Virus record (IMG/VR): IMGVR_UViG_3300032313_000518
Coordinates: 32,001 to 96,000 of that record
DNA: 64,000 bases
Source: a virus
Direction: 5' to 3' (one strand)
Shown here: positions 46,173 through 56,120 of the stretch, piece by piece
Position numbering within the stretch: position 1 is the first letter of the stretch
How the letters are laid out: every line of letters starts with the position of its first letter
Notes under the pieces: model-generated
The model's database searches: none
Told to the model about the DNA's origin: nothing
The model's input: only the letters and a program-made list of their open reading frames with translations
Program-made: the position numbers and the translations under genes

Positions 46173-49100
46173 ATGGCAAGAATTAAAAAATATGCACCAA
46201 CGTTAAATGAAAAATTAACAACTTTTCAAACATTTATTGTTGATACAAACCCCAATTCCGACTATTTTAGAATTAGTGAATTTAAAGAAACATTAACTGG
46301 TGGTAAGAACGGATTTCAAATTGAAGGTTCTGAACATTTATTAGAAAGTACCGAAATTAAAATAGAAGTATTAGATGTTGAGGGAAATACAGTTTACTAT
46401 GAACCTGGCGATGGTATACCTGAATACTATGAAGGTATATCAAAAATTGTATCAGTTCACATCTATGAAGATACTCCTATTGGTGAAGCAATAATTACCG
46501 TATTAGGTGAATTAAAAACATATGTAGATGAAGATGGTGTTGTTAGAGATGTTCCAACTGAATGGAAAGGAATTTATAATTGTAAGTGGGAACGAAGAGT
46601 AAAAATAAATAAATTTCTTTCAAATGAAGATAAGGTTAGATTTTATAGAAGACCTAAAGTAACAATAGCAGAAATTGTAAAACCATTATTTTCAAATGTA
46701 GTAACTCCAAAAACAAATACTGGAAATGTAAGTGGAATACCATTATTTCCAATTGCTGGAACTAATTTAAGTCAATACACATTACCAACATCTTATTTAT
46801 TAAAAATCACCGATACCGGTAACTTTAGTGCATGGACTGGGTCTGTTGTTGAAAATACAATAAGCATACCATCATTAGATTATACAACAACTGCTCAAGA
46901 AGTAATAAACAAAACGGAGTTAGTCGTAACAACTCCATACACCCAAAATGGATTAGTAAGTTCTTTTACAAATACACCATATACAACTACATTCAATTAC
47001 ACAGAAGGTCTTGATAATTTAGCAACCGCATTAACTGGTTCATTTGCAAAAATAACACTTACCGATTTAACATCTTTTGTTGGGGATGTTGCTAGAGTTA
47101 AAGTATTTAGAAAATCACAAACTGATTTATCCGATTATCAATTTGTACAAGAAATAGCATTAGAAGCAAATGAATTGTTGGTAGATTTAGCTACAACAAC
47201 CAAAAACCAAGAAAATTACGGATTATTTACAACCAATATTATCAATAATTATTGGATTGAATCTTCAGCAAATATAACAGCTACTTACAATCAAACATAT
47301 TTGTACGATTCTGCTAAATTAGATAGTGTATCCGGTGTTAATAAATTTTACACATCCGAATATATTCCTATAACAAAAGATGTAGAATATACTTTAGATT
47401 TTAATATTAGATTGGGTGCTAACGTATCGGCTAATAATTATATAAGAGTATTTTTAAGTGGTTCTTTGAATGGAGGAGCTGTTCAAATTGAACAAAATAT
47501 AACTACAATAACATCAAGCGATTCTTTATTACAAAAAACAATATCCACCAATAATATAAAAGCTGAAGAAATTCAAAATGCTAGATTATATTTTGAGGTA
47601 GTTGGTAGTAATTGGTATATTGCAAATGTTAGTTTACGAGCATCCAAAGAAACAGCATTTTCACCCGATGAAATAACATTTATACAACCAGTACCAAGAA
47701 GTTTACCGGTACAAACATTTATATATAAATTTGAGTTTTATGATATAAATAACAATTATATACCTGTATTAGTTGAAAAACAAAAAACATTCAATGGTGG
47801 TAATTTACAAACAATACAAAAAAGTTTACAATTACTACCATCATCTTTGTATTTTCAATTTGATTCCGGTTCAAATCCAGTTCCACCAACTTCTATAAAC
47901 ATTAAAGTTGTAAAAACATTATTAACTGGTTCTGTTCGATATACATCTCAATCATTTGATTATGATGGTAGTACCCACACTGCTTTACAATATGCAGGTG
48001 GGCAATATCCTGGTGTATTAAATCAAGCAAATCCTGATAATGTAATATTAACTGTTGCAAACTTTACTGGTAGTAGAAGTGATAAAAATGTACAATATTT
48101 AGAAATAACTGGTGAAGTGGAAGGATTTACTGATACTATTGTTATAACAAAAGTATTGGATGGATTTGGTGGTGTAAACTATATTATTAGACCGTATAGA
48201 GGAACTCAAATCAGAAATAGTAGTACTGCTTCATTAGAAATTCAAGCGGTAAGAATTGATGGTGTTAATGAGATTATTTTAAATGATACAATTGGAAGAC
48301 CAAAAGGGTGGCATACTTATCAACTTCACGTATTATCAGCATCATTAGACCCATTGAACGAACCCGAAAAGTTTATCAATTTACAAAAAGCAGTCAATCA
48401 AAATTATATTAAAGGATTATCTGTTGGACAATTGGGTAGTAAACAACTAAACTACAATGCAATATTTAATAGAGATTCTATAAATAAAGTAAGAGTAGTT
48501 TATATATTATCTTCTGGTTCAATAACACAACAACCTGCGTTTATAGCATCTGCATCTGTATTATCATCTATAAATTTGGAGGATTTGCAAGATGGTTTAG
48601 ATGCTGGGTTTATGGCATATAATACGGATACGTTTACTATCAATCCAAGAACACAAACTATATTCACACCGGTATCGGCAAGTGTTACTGGTTCATTTTA
48701 TAAAAGAGGAACTAACGCAGAACCATTTACCGCATCATTTGAGGTATTCCCATCAATGTCTTTAAATTTAGATTATGAGCCTGAATATTGGATGTATTAT
48801 GTAACTGGTAAATTTCATCCAAATATTTCGGTAGTAGCAATTGATGAAAAGAAAAGAACAATTCCATCAAGAGCAGTTAGTTCATATACAGGATTACCAA
48901 TATCTCAAAGTAAAACATTAACTGTAACTTTAACTTATACTGAAGATTATACATCATCATCTATAAGTTTAGATAAGACATTTACAATAGTACCTGAAGG
49001 AAAGCCTGGTGATGAGAGTATTGTGTTTGAAGTAGTACCTGCTAATGTAACTTTAAATTCAAATTCGGAAGGAATTGTTTTGGATTACAAACCATCCATA

Positions 49101-52100
49101 ACTGATATTAAATTAAAGCAAGGTAGTAGATATTTGGTATTTACTGGTAGTAGAGATGCTGGTACGTTTCATATTGCATCATCTTCAATTAGTTCACAAA
49201 ATATAACTCCGGGTAATGTACACTTTACATCATCATTTGGAGTACCATATACGGCATCTTTAATAGTATCCGCATCTTCAAATCTTACGGATTTAAGTGG
49301 TAGTATAACATATCCATTGATTATACATCCATATTATACATCATCGATATATACACAAAGTATAGTACAAAATTATACAAAAGCAGTTGATGGGCCTCCG
49401 CAAATTGATGTAATAATAACACCCGCCAATATTACATTAAATGCCGATGAGGTTGGATATGTATCAACATACGCATCTGCACAAACTACAATTCAATTAA
49501 AAGAAGCTGGTAAGTTTTTGGTATTTAATACAGCATCAACTTCACCTGGTACATTTAGATTATTAACATCAGCTAGTAAAAATATAACCGCAAGTTTAAG
49601 TGGTGTTGGAACTACTACTGTTACTGCATCATTTAGTAGATTTGATTATCCATATGTATCAGCTAGTATTGTTTATAATATTTTAGCACATCCATATTCA
49701 TTAGGACCCGGTCATAGATTTACATCATCAGTATTTGAAAGAACTCAAAATATTACAAAAAATGTTGCATCATCTGCCGCAAGAAGTGTTAAATTAGCAG
49801 CATCATCGTATAGTGTAACATATGATAGTGATGGACAAGTTGTTAATCCAACGGATGGTATTACTTTAGTAGCAACCGCATTTAATACATCGGGTTCAAA
49901 ATATTATCAATTTTTCAAAGATGATGTTTCACAAGGACCTATAACGGCAGTTGCAACTAGAACAATTGGACCTGAAGATGCGGTTGCTGCTGGTGAAATT
50001 GCAACTTGGAAAGTAACATTGAGAGATGGTAGTAGTTCAACCGCTGCACCAATTAAAGCACAGGATTCTATTACAATTACTGGAATACGGGAAGGTATAA
50101 AATCATATAATGGGTATCTAACAAATGAAAGTTCTACGATTGTATATACGGTACAAGGTACAATATCATTTACAAATACAGGTACAACAATAGTAGCATC
50201 AAAAGGTAATACAACATTAACTGCGGTAACTTCATTTAGTGCACAATCTCAAGACCCATTTGGAAATAACATTGGTTCATTGGGTGAGTACAAAGTAACA
50301 ATACATTCTAAATCAGCTAATATAACATTGGCTGGCTCTTTAGTATCTGGAAGTACAGTGCCTGTTGTTAGTGGACAAGCTACTATTGGAAACGTAATTG
50401 GATGGACCTCACCAACAACAATTTTAACTGGGGCTGTTGTTTATAGAATTGATTTTGAAAATGGAAAACAAGTTCTTTTCAAAACACAATCTATGGCAAT
50501 TCAATTGGAGGGTAAAGTTGGACCTGGTATTGTATTCAGAGGTCCTTGGAGTTCAACTGTTGACCAGTATTATTATGACCCATCTATTGGAAGAAGAGAT
50601 GCGGTTTTATATGGAGGAACGGGTGGAACATACTATGCAGCTAAATCCGGTAGTGGGGATACTACTTATTTAAATCCAAGTGCAAATACATACTTCTCTG
50701 GTTCTGTTGGTGATGCTACAGCTGGTGGTTATGTAACTTATTTAAATTACAAAACGCCGGGAATTGATACTGATTATTGGGAAGCATTAGGAACACAAGA
50801 ATTATTTGTGGCAGCTAAGATTGCAATTTTTGAAGAATCATATGTTCAAAATACAATCAACGTTGGTACAAACGCATTGGGTTCTGCCGCAAATATTATC
50901 CTTTATGGAAACGTTGATAGACCTTATATTTCAATAGGTCAAACTGGTACAATTGGATATGGAAATAGTGGTATATGGTTAGGTACATTTGGTTCTCCTG
51001 GTTTCACAAGTCGTTTATCTTTAGTTGGTAGTGGTGGTTCATTAACATGGGATGGTAATAATTTATCAGTTAGTGGGGCTGTAAACGCAACCACTGGTAC
51101 TTTTAGTGGATATGTTACGGCGGGTGGAGTACAATTGGGAGCTGCTCTTCCAACTAATCCAATTGGGTCTGGTACTGCTAATGGTTTATATATAAATACA
51201 CACAATTATTTTGTAGATAATGGAACAACTACCGTATTTAAAGCAGGTAATGCTTCAAATTATGTAAGTTGGGATGGGAGTAATCTTAATATAAGTGGTG
51301 GTGGTACATTTACAGGTGAACTTAGTGGTGGTACTATTAATATTGGTGGAAATGATGCAACTAGTTTCCACGTAGATTCTGCAGGACAAATGTGGCTAGG
51401 TGCAGGAAATAGTGGATTTGCTACGGCACCATTTAAGGTTACTGCTGCAGGTGCTTTAAGTGCAGCAAGTGCAAATATAACTGGTTCTATATCGGTAAGT
51501 AGTGGTACATTTACTGGATTTATTGATGTTGATGGATTTTATATTGGTAAAAATGTATATTCAACTTACTCTGGAATTTTTAATGGCACCAGTCGTTGGA
51601 CTACCGATGGTTCGATTACTCTTAACGCAGGTAACATTGGTGGTGATACAACACAAGGATTGAGTATATTAAATAACTCATTTTGTTCATATAGAGGAAA
51701 TCTTTTAGTTGCTACACCTGCTAATTATGATTCAAACCATTGGTTAAGTTATGTAACAATTGGAGTTTCACCATCTACATTTGGTGTTTTGGATAATAAT
51801 ACAATGTATTTGGGTAGAAGTGTGAATGGTTCAAATAATGGTATTTATATGAACTCTACAAACTATTGGTACGCTGGTAGTAATTCAACAAACCCATCTA
51901 TGAAAGCTGATATAGTTGGTGGTTCTATAAGTGGTATATCATCATTAGGTGTTAGTGGGGCAATTACTGGAACCAGTTTAGCTATATCTAATGCAACTGC
52001 TGCAAATGGTACTATAACCGCAACTGGAAATATTACGGCATTTTTTTCCGATGAAAGATTAAAAACAAAATTGGGTAATATTGATAATGCAATAAATAAA

Positions 52101-52382
52101 ATATCTAAACTAAACGGATTTTACTATACAACCAATGAGTTAGCAAATTCATTTGGATATACTGATACCAAAACACAATTAGGTTTATCCGCACAAGAAG
52201 TACAAAGTGTATTTCCTAATATTGTATCATTGGCACCATTTGATATGAAAGAAAATACTATGGATGAATCTAAATCTGGAGAAAATTACTTAACAATTGA
52301 TTACTCCAAATTAGTACCTGTATTAGTTGAGGCAATAAAAGAATTGAAAGCAGAAATTGAAGAATTAAAAAGAAATAAATAA
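46173..52382 (+). CDS. large tail fibre with a C-terminal intramolecular chaperone (peptidase S74)
   Basis: 2069 aa; Gly-rich beta repeats; FSDERLK..GLSAQEVQSVFP..DYSKLVPVLVEAIKELKAEIEELK. Confidence 0.85.
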   Translation: MARIKKYAPTLNEKLTTFQTFIVDTNPNSDYFRISEFKETLTGGKNGFQIEGSEHLLESTEIKIEVLDVEGNTVYYEPGDGIPEYYEGISKIVSVHIYEDTPIGEAIITVLGELKTYVDEDGVVRDVPTEWKGIYNCKWERRVKINKFLSNEDKVRFYRRPKVTIAEIVKPLFSNVVTPKTNTGNVSGIPLFPIAGTNLSQYTLPTSYLLKITDTGNFSAWTGSVVENTISIPSLDYTTTAQEVINKTELVVTTPYTQNGLVSSFTNTPYTTTFNYTEGLDNLATALTGSFAKITLTDLTSFVGDVARVKVFRKSQTDLSDYQFVQEIALEANELLVDLATTTKNQENYGLFTTNIINNYWIESSANITATYNQTYLYDSAKLDSVSGVNKFYTSEYIPITKDVEYTLDFNIRLGANVSANNYIRVFLSGSLNGGAVQIEQNITTITSSDSLLQKTISTNNIKAEEIQNARLYFEVVGSNWYIANVSLRASKETAFSPDEITFIQPVPRSLPVQTFIYKFEFYDINNNYIPVLVEKQKTFNGGNLQTIQKSLQLLPSSLYFQFDSGSNPVPPTSINIKVVKTLLTGSVRYTSQSFDYDGSTHTALQYAGGQYPGVLNQANPDNVILTVANFTGSRSDKNVQYLEITGEVEGFTDTIVITKVLDGFGGVNYIIRPYRGTQIRNSSTASLEIQAVRIDGVNEIILNDTIGRPKGWHTYQLHVLSASLDPLNEPEKFINLQKAVNQNYIKGLSVGQLGSKQLNYNAIFNRDSINKVRVVYILSSGSITQQPAFIASASVLSSINLEDLQDGLDAGFMAYNTDTFTINPRTQTIFTPVSASVTGSFYKRGTNAEPFTASFEVFPSMSLNLDYEPEYWMYYVTGKFHPNISVVAIDEKKRTIPSRAVSSYTGLPISQSKTLTVTLTYTEDYTSSSISLDKTFTIVPEGKPGDESIVFEVVPANVTLNSNSEGIVLDYKPSITDIKLKQGSRYLVFTGSRDAGTFHIASSSISSQNITPGNVHFTSSFGVPYTASLIVSASSNLTDLSGSITYPLIIHPYYTSSIYTQSIVQNYTKAVDGPPQIDVIITPANITLNADEVGYVSTYASAQTTIQLKEAGKFLVFNTASTSPGTFRLLTSASKNITASLSGVGTTTVTASFSRFDYPYVSASIVYNILAHPYSLGPGHRFTSSVFERTQNITKNVASSAARSVKLAASSYSVTYDSDGQVVNPTDGITLVATAFNTSGSKYYQFFKDDVSQGPITAVATRTIGPEDAVAAGEIATWKVTLRDGSSSTAAPIKAQDSITITGIREGIKSYNGYLTNESSTIVYTVQGTISFTNTGTTIVASKGNTTLTAVTSFSAQSQDPFGNNIGSLGEYKVTIHSKSANITLAGSLVSGSTVPVVSGQATIGNVIGWTSPTTILTGAVVYRIDFENGKQVLFKTQSMAIQLEGKVGPGIVFRGPWSSTVDQYYYDPSIGRRDAVLYGGTGGTYYAAKSGSGDTTYLNPSANTYFSGSVGDATAGGYVTYLNYKTPGIDTDYWEALGTQELFVAAKIAIFEESYVQNTINVGTNALGSAANIILYGNVDRPYISIGQTGTIGYGNSGIWLGTFGSPGFTSRLSLVGSGGSLTWDGNNLSVSGAVNATTGTFSGYVTAGGVQLGAALPTNPIGSGTANGLYINTHNYFVDNGTTTVFKAGNASNYVSWDGSNLNISGGGTFTGELSGGTINIGGNDATSFHVDSAGQMWLGAGNSGFATAPFKVTAAGALSAASANITGSISVSSGTFTGFIDVDGFYIGKNVYSTYSGIFNGTSRWTTDGSITLNAGNIGGDTTQGLSILNNSFCSYRGNLLVATPANYDSNHWLSYVTIGVSPSTFGVLDNNTMYLGRSVNGSNNGIYMNSTNYWYAGSNSTNPSMKADIVGGSISGISSLGVSGAITGTSLAISNATAANGTITATGNITAFFSDERLKTKLGNIDNAINKISKLNGFYYTTNELANSFGYTDTKTQLGLSAQEVQSVFPNIVSLAPFDMKENTMDESKSGENYLTIDYSKLVPVLVEAIKELKAEIEELKRNK

Positions 52383-53545
52383 TGGCATTACAATCATCAG
52401 GACCAATTTCAATGAATGATATGAATACCGATAGAAGTATTGCGTCTGGTACTCAAATAGATTTAGCAACGGCCGGTACTGCGTATGGTGTTTCTTATAA
52501 TACAATTGGAACTGATGATTTAAAATTTTCTGAGTTTTATGGATTAAGTGTACCATCACCAACACCACCAACACCACCATCTTATAGAACTATTCAATTG
52601 GGTAATCCACCGGGTGATAATACCACCGCAGCAGCTTGTGCTATAACAAGTGGATTGACTAAATATATATCTTATAGTTTTGCAATTACAAATGGTTTGG
52701 TAATATATGATAATTCTGCATTATCAACACAAACATATAATAGTGACCCTTATAGTGGTAATTATGCTATGTTATATGATACAAATGCTGGATTTAGATA
52801 TGCGGTTACATTTGATTCGGCTGGTGTTGTAGCTACTGTTTATGATTGTTTAGGTGGTACACCTGTACCTCCATCACCACCAACCCCACCAACGCCTACG
52901 CCTACGCCAACGCCAACGCCAACACCAACGCCAACACCAACGCCAACGCCAACACCTACGCCACCACCACCAACACCACCACCAACACCACCATATTCAT
53001 ATTTATTGAATAATGGAGGAGAAGCTACTGGAGTTGATGCATGTAATGAATACAATTCATTTGTAAGAGCAACTTATTATTCCAATCAATCAAGCATTAC
53101 AACTGGAACGACTTTGTATTTGTCGGATTATGTAACGGTTGTATCTGATGGATATTATTCAAATGGTACTAATTATTGGTATTTTGGTGGGGGTGTTACT
53201 TCCGATTTGGGTACATCTTGTGGAGGTTCGCCAACACCTACACCAACACCAACACCTACACCAACACCTACACCAACGCCAACGCCAACACCAACACCAA
53301 GTTATAATACTTTCTTCTTAGGAATTGGAAAAGATAACTTTGGTGATGCTTGTCTTGAAAGTAGTTATCCAATTACTGTATATGCTCCCAATACACCTAT
53401 TGATTACAATACTACATTGTATGATGATATTACTTTTACTACTCCGTTTAGTGCATTGCAAGATTATTGGTATAAAGACCAAGATTCTGGTAAAGTTGTA
53501 GAACTTAGTAGTGGTGCAGTTATACAACAATATATTCAATGTTAG
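52382..53545 (+). CDS. tail-fibre-associated adhesin with three Cys-bounded repeat domains and (PT)n linkers
   Basis: MALQSSGPISMND..FSEFYG N-terminus typical of fibre-tip proteins; three AC...C domains. Confidence 0.65.
   Translation: MALQSSGPISMNDMNTDRSIASGTQIDLATAGTAYGVSYNTIGTDDLKFSEFYGLSVPSPTPPTPPSYRTIQLGNPPGDNTTAAACAITSGLTKYISYSFAITNGLVIYDNSALSTQTYNSDPYSGNYAMLYDTNAGFRYAVTFDSAGVVATVYDCLGGTPVPPSPPTPPTPTPTPTPTPTPTPTPTPTPTPTPPPPTPPPTPPYSYLLNNGGEATGVDACNEYNSFVRATYYSNQSSITTGTTLYLSDYVTVVSDGYYSNGTNYWYFGGGVTSDLGTSCGGSPTPTPTPTPTPTPTPTPTPTPTPSYNTFFLGIGKDNFGDACLESSYPITVYAPNTPIDYNTTLYDDITFTTPFSALQDYWYKDQDSGKVVELSSGAVIQQYIQC
52861..52992 (+). repeat. hexamer (CCAACR)n Pro-Thr repeat
   Basis: Visible ccaacg/ccaaca tandem array. 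Confidence 0.9.
53231..53299 (+). repeat. hexamer (CCWACR)n Pro-Thr repeat
   Basis: Second PT linker. Confidence 0.9.
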
Positions 53546-53594
53546 TATTATAACTCCTTTTTGGGGTGTAGTTATTAAAAACTAAAAAAACATA

Positions 53595-53602
53595 TATTTA
53601 TA
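53595..53602 (+). promoter_or_regulatory. putative late promoter TATTTATA
   Basis: 22 nt before ATG 53625. Confidence 0.7.
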
Positions 53603-53624
53603 TATAAACATATAGAATAAAATT

Positions 53625-53906
53625 ATGGCACAAAAAACTGAAAAATTAGCAGAAGAAACCTATAAAAAATTGGTTGATTTGCAAACTGAAATAAATGGTT
53701 TAGTAAATACAATTGGAACTGCACATTTACAAATTAGAGCATTGAATGGGGAATTAAAAAATCTAAATCTTTCATTGATGGGTGTTGAAAAAACATTTGA
53801 TGAAAAAAACGAAGAGTTAAATGATGTTTTAAGGGTATTGGAAAAAACATATCCATCAGCAGAAATAGATTTAGCAGATGGTACAATTACTTATCAAGAA
53901 AATTAG
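53625..53906 (+). CDS. small coiled-coil protein (paralog of 57315-57677)
   Basis: EKL.EE..IG..H..EKTYPSAEIDLADGTITY. Confidence 0.7.
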   Translation: MAQKTEKLAEETYKKLVDLQTEINGLVNTIGTAHLQIRALNGELKNLNLSLMGVEKTFDEKNEELNDVLRVLEKTYPSAEIDLADGTITYQEN

Positions 53907-53934
53907 GAAATATAAAAAAAGTTTCGTATATTTG
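53903..53934 (+). promoter_or_regulatory. Bacteroidota-type promoter (-33 variant/-7)
   Basis: TTAG at 53903-53906, 20-nt spacer, TATATTTG at 53927-53934. Confidence 0.6.
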
Positions 53935-53939
53935 TTACA

Positions 53940-56120
53940 ATGAATAATACACGTAAAAAAATATTATACGTTGCTCCTCACTTATCTACTGGAGGGCTTC
54001 CACAATACCTATTAAAGCAAATTGAACATTTCTACAAAGATTACCAAATAAAGGTAGTTGAAGTTAGAAATAGTGGTGGTGATGCATTTGTGGTTCAAAA
54101 AAACAAAATCAAAGCATTAGTTCCCATTCACACTTTATATGAGGATAAATCGGATATACTAAAAGTTATAGATGATTTTGAACCTGATATTATACACTTT
54201 CAGGAAATTCCACAGCATGATTTGGATTATGATATATTAGATAAAATTTGGGATACCAATCGTAAGTATTTTATTATATCATCAACACATGGTTCATTTA
54301 CAGACCCTGATGCAATTATTTATCAACCCGATAGATATATTTTAGTATCTGAATGGAGTAGAAAAAAGTTTGAACATTTGGGTATTGATACTATGTTATG
54401 GGAGTATCCAATTGAAGATATCAAATACGATAAAGATAAAGCAAAGGAGGTATTGGGATTTGAAAAAGATTGGAAGCACGTTCTCAATATGGGATTGTTT
54501 GCTCCCGGCAAAAACCAAGCTGAAATCTTTGAGGTAGCTAGATTGTTGGAGAAATACAAAATCAAATTTCACTTTGTAGGAAATCAAGCTATGAACTTTG
54601 AGGATTATTGGAAACCTTTAATGGAAGATAAACCATCTAATTGTGTAATATGGGGAGAACGAAATGATGCTGATAAGTTTTACGCAGCAGCTGATTTCTT
54701 TTACTTTTCAACACTTTGGGAATTAAATCCATTATCAATCAAAGAAGCACTTTCTTATAAACTACCATGTATCTTTAGAAGGTTACATACCTATTTGGAT
54801 ACATATGATACCAACCCATTGGTAACTTATATTGATGGTAATGTACCTGAAACTAAAAAAATTATATTAGAACAACTAAAGCCTGAATTTGGAGAAATAA
54901 GTGGATGGTTTAGTTATAAAGATATGTACAAAGATATAGTTCAGGCTGGTTATGATGGGTGTGAATTTGTGGAGATTGGGACATGGATGGGTAAATCTAC
55001 CAACTATATGGTTCAAAAAATAAAAGAATCTGGTAAACGTATTCACTTTACAACCATAGATACATTTAAGGGAAGTCCATCGGAAGATTGGCATACGCCT
55101 GTAATACAAGATTATAATGGAGATTTATTTCCTGAGTTCATTGATAATACACTCCTATCAAACAATTATGGATTATTTGATATTATAAAAGATGATTCAC
55201 TAAATGCGGTTAATCAATTTAAGAATAATAGTATTGATTACATAATGATTGATGGAGGACACTCATATACCGAAGTTACTAATGATTTAAACTCTTGGTA
55301 TAAAAAAGTAAAACCGGGTGGAATTATTAGTGGAGATGATTATACTATTTCAACTGAAACAACTCAAGCAGTTGATGATTTCTTTTATGGACAATTTGAT
55401 AAAACATATTATAGAGCATTCCTAAGAAAGAAACCAAGAATACAAATTAAACATCTATTAACATCTCCATTTAACGCAAGAGAATATATTAGTATTGCTT
55501 CTATAAAACAATTACAAAAGTATGGAATTGATTATACTCAAAGTATAACTGAAGTGTATAAGGATATTCCACCTATTGAACATTGTAGAAGACCTGAACA
55601 TATAAGTAAAGATAATAAGCCGGGTGAGTTATGGCCTGGTGCTGGATTGGGTTGGATAACTGGTGGACATTATGGGTGTTATTTAGCACATAAGAACGCA
55701 GTTGATAGTTTGGATTCTAAATACGATTACACTCTTATATTCGAAGCAGATGCGTTCATATATACCGGCTTAGAAGAGTTTGTAGATATAGTTCATAAAG
55801 CATGTTTCATTTCAGAAAGAGATGATGTGTACTACATTGGATTGGCAAATAATCCATCTCGTTCAAAAGAAAAGGTAGATGAGTTATTTTCACAAACTGC
55901 ACATAACCAAGACCTTGCACATGCGTATTTAGTCCGAAACAAAGATAAACAATGGTGGAACGATAGAATAGCAGATTGTGAATGGGATGTTGGTGATTTA
56001 TGGTACAACCACATATTTGCTAAATATCCAATGAAACGATACACTACAAACAAAATGTATAGTAATCAGACAGAGGGATTCTCATTATTAGACCAAACAA
56101 TTAAAACTTGGAACGTATGA
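53940..56120 (+). CDS. trifunctional GT4-like glycosyltransferase / class I SAM methyltransferase / GT25-like glycosyltransferase
   Basis: HLSTGGLPQ..GLFAPGKNQ..ELNPLSIKEALS; VEIGTWMGKS..IDGGHSY..KPGGIISGDDY; GHYGCYLAH..LIFEADA..AHAYLV. Confidence 0.8.
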   Translation: MNNTRKKILYVAPHLSTGGLPQYLLKQIEHFYKDYQIKVVEVRNSGGDAFVVQKNKIKALVPIHTLYEDKSDILKVIDDFEPDIIHFQEIPQHDLDYDILDKIWDTNRKYFIISSTHGSFTDPDAIIYQPDRYILVSEWSRKKFEHLGIDTMLWEYPIEDIKYDKDKAKEVLGFEKDWKHVLNMGLFAPGKNQAEIFEVARLLEKYKIKFHFVGNQAMNFEDYWKPLMEDKPSNCVIWGERNDADKFYAAADFFYFSTLWELNPLSIKEALSYKLPCIFRRLHTYLDTYDTNPLVTYIDGNVPETKKIILEQLKPEFGEISGWFSYKDMYKDIVQAGYDGCEFVEIGTWMGKSTNYMVQKIKESGKRIHFTTIDTFKGSPSEDWHTPVIQDYNGDLFPEFIDNTLLSNNYGLFDIIKDDSLNAVNQFKNNSIDYIMIDGGHSYTEVTNDLNSWYKKVKPGGIISGDDYTISTETTQAVDDFFYGQFDKTYYRAFLRKKPRIQIKHLLTSPFNAREYISIASIKQLQKYGIDYTQSITEVYKDIPPIEHCRRPEHISKDNKPGELWPGAGLGWITGGHYGCYLAHKNAVDSLDSKYDYTLIFEADAFIYTGLEEFVDIVHKACFISERDDVYYIGLANNPSRSKEKVDELFSQTAHNQDLAHAYLVRNKDKQWWNDRIADCEWDVGDLWYNHIFAKYPMKRYTTNKMYSNQTEGFSLLDQTIKTWNV

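Noticed and set aside
52861-53299. Tandem repeats as a possible CRISPR array or non-coding VNTR
   Set aside because: In-frame Pro-Thr codon repeats with no repeat-spacer structure
46173-53545. Diversity-generating retroelement or invertible fibre cassette
   Set aside because: No reverse transcriptase, recombinase or template/variable repeat pair visible in the window
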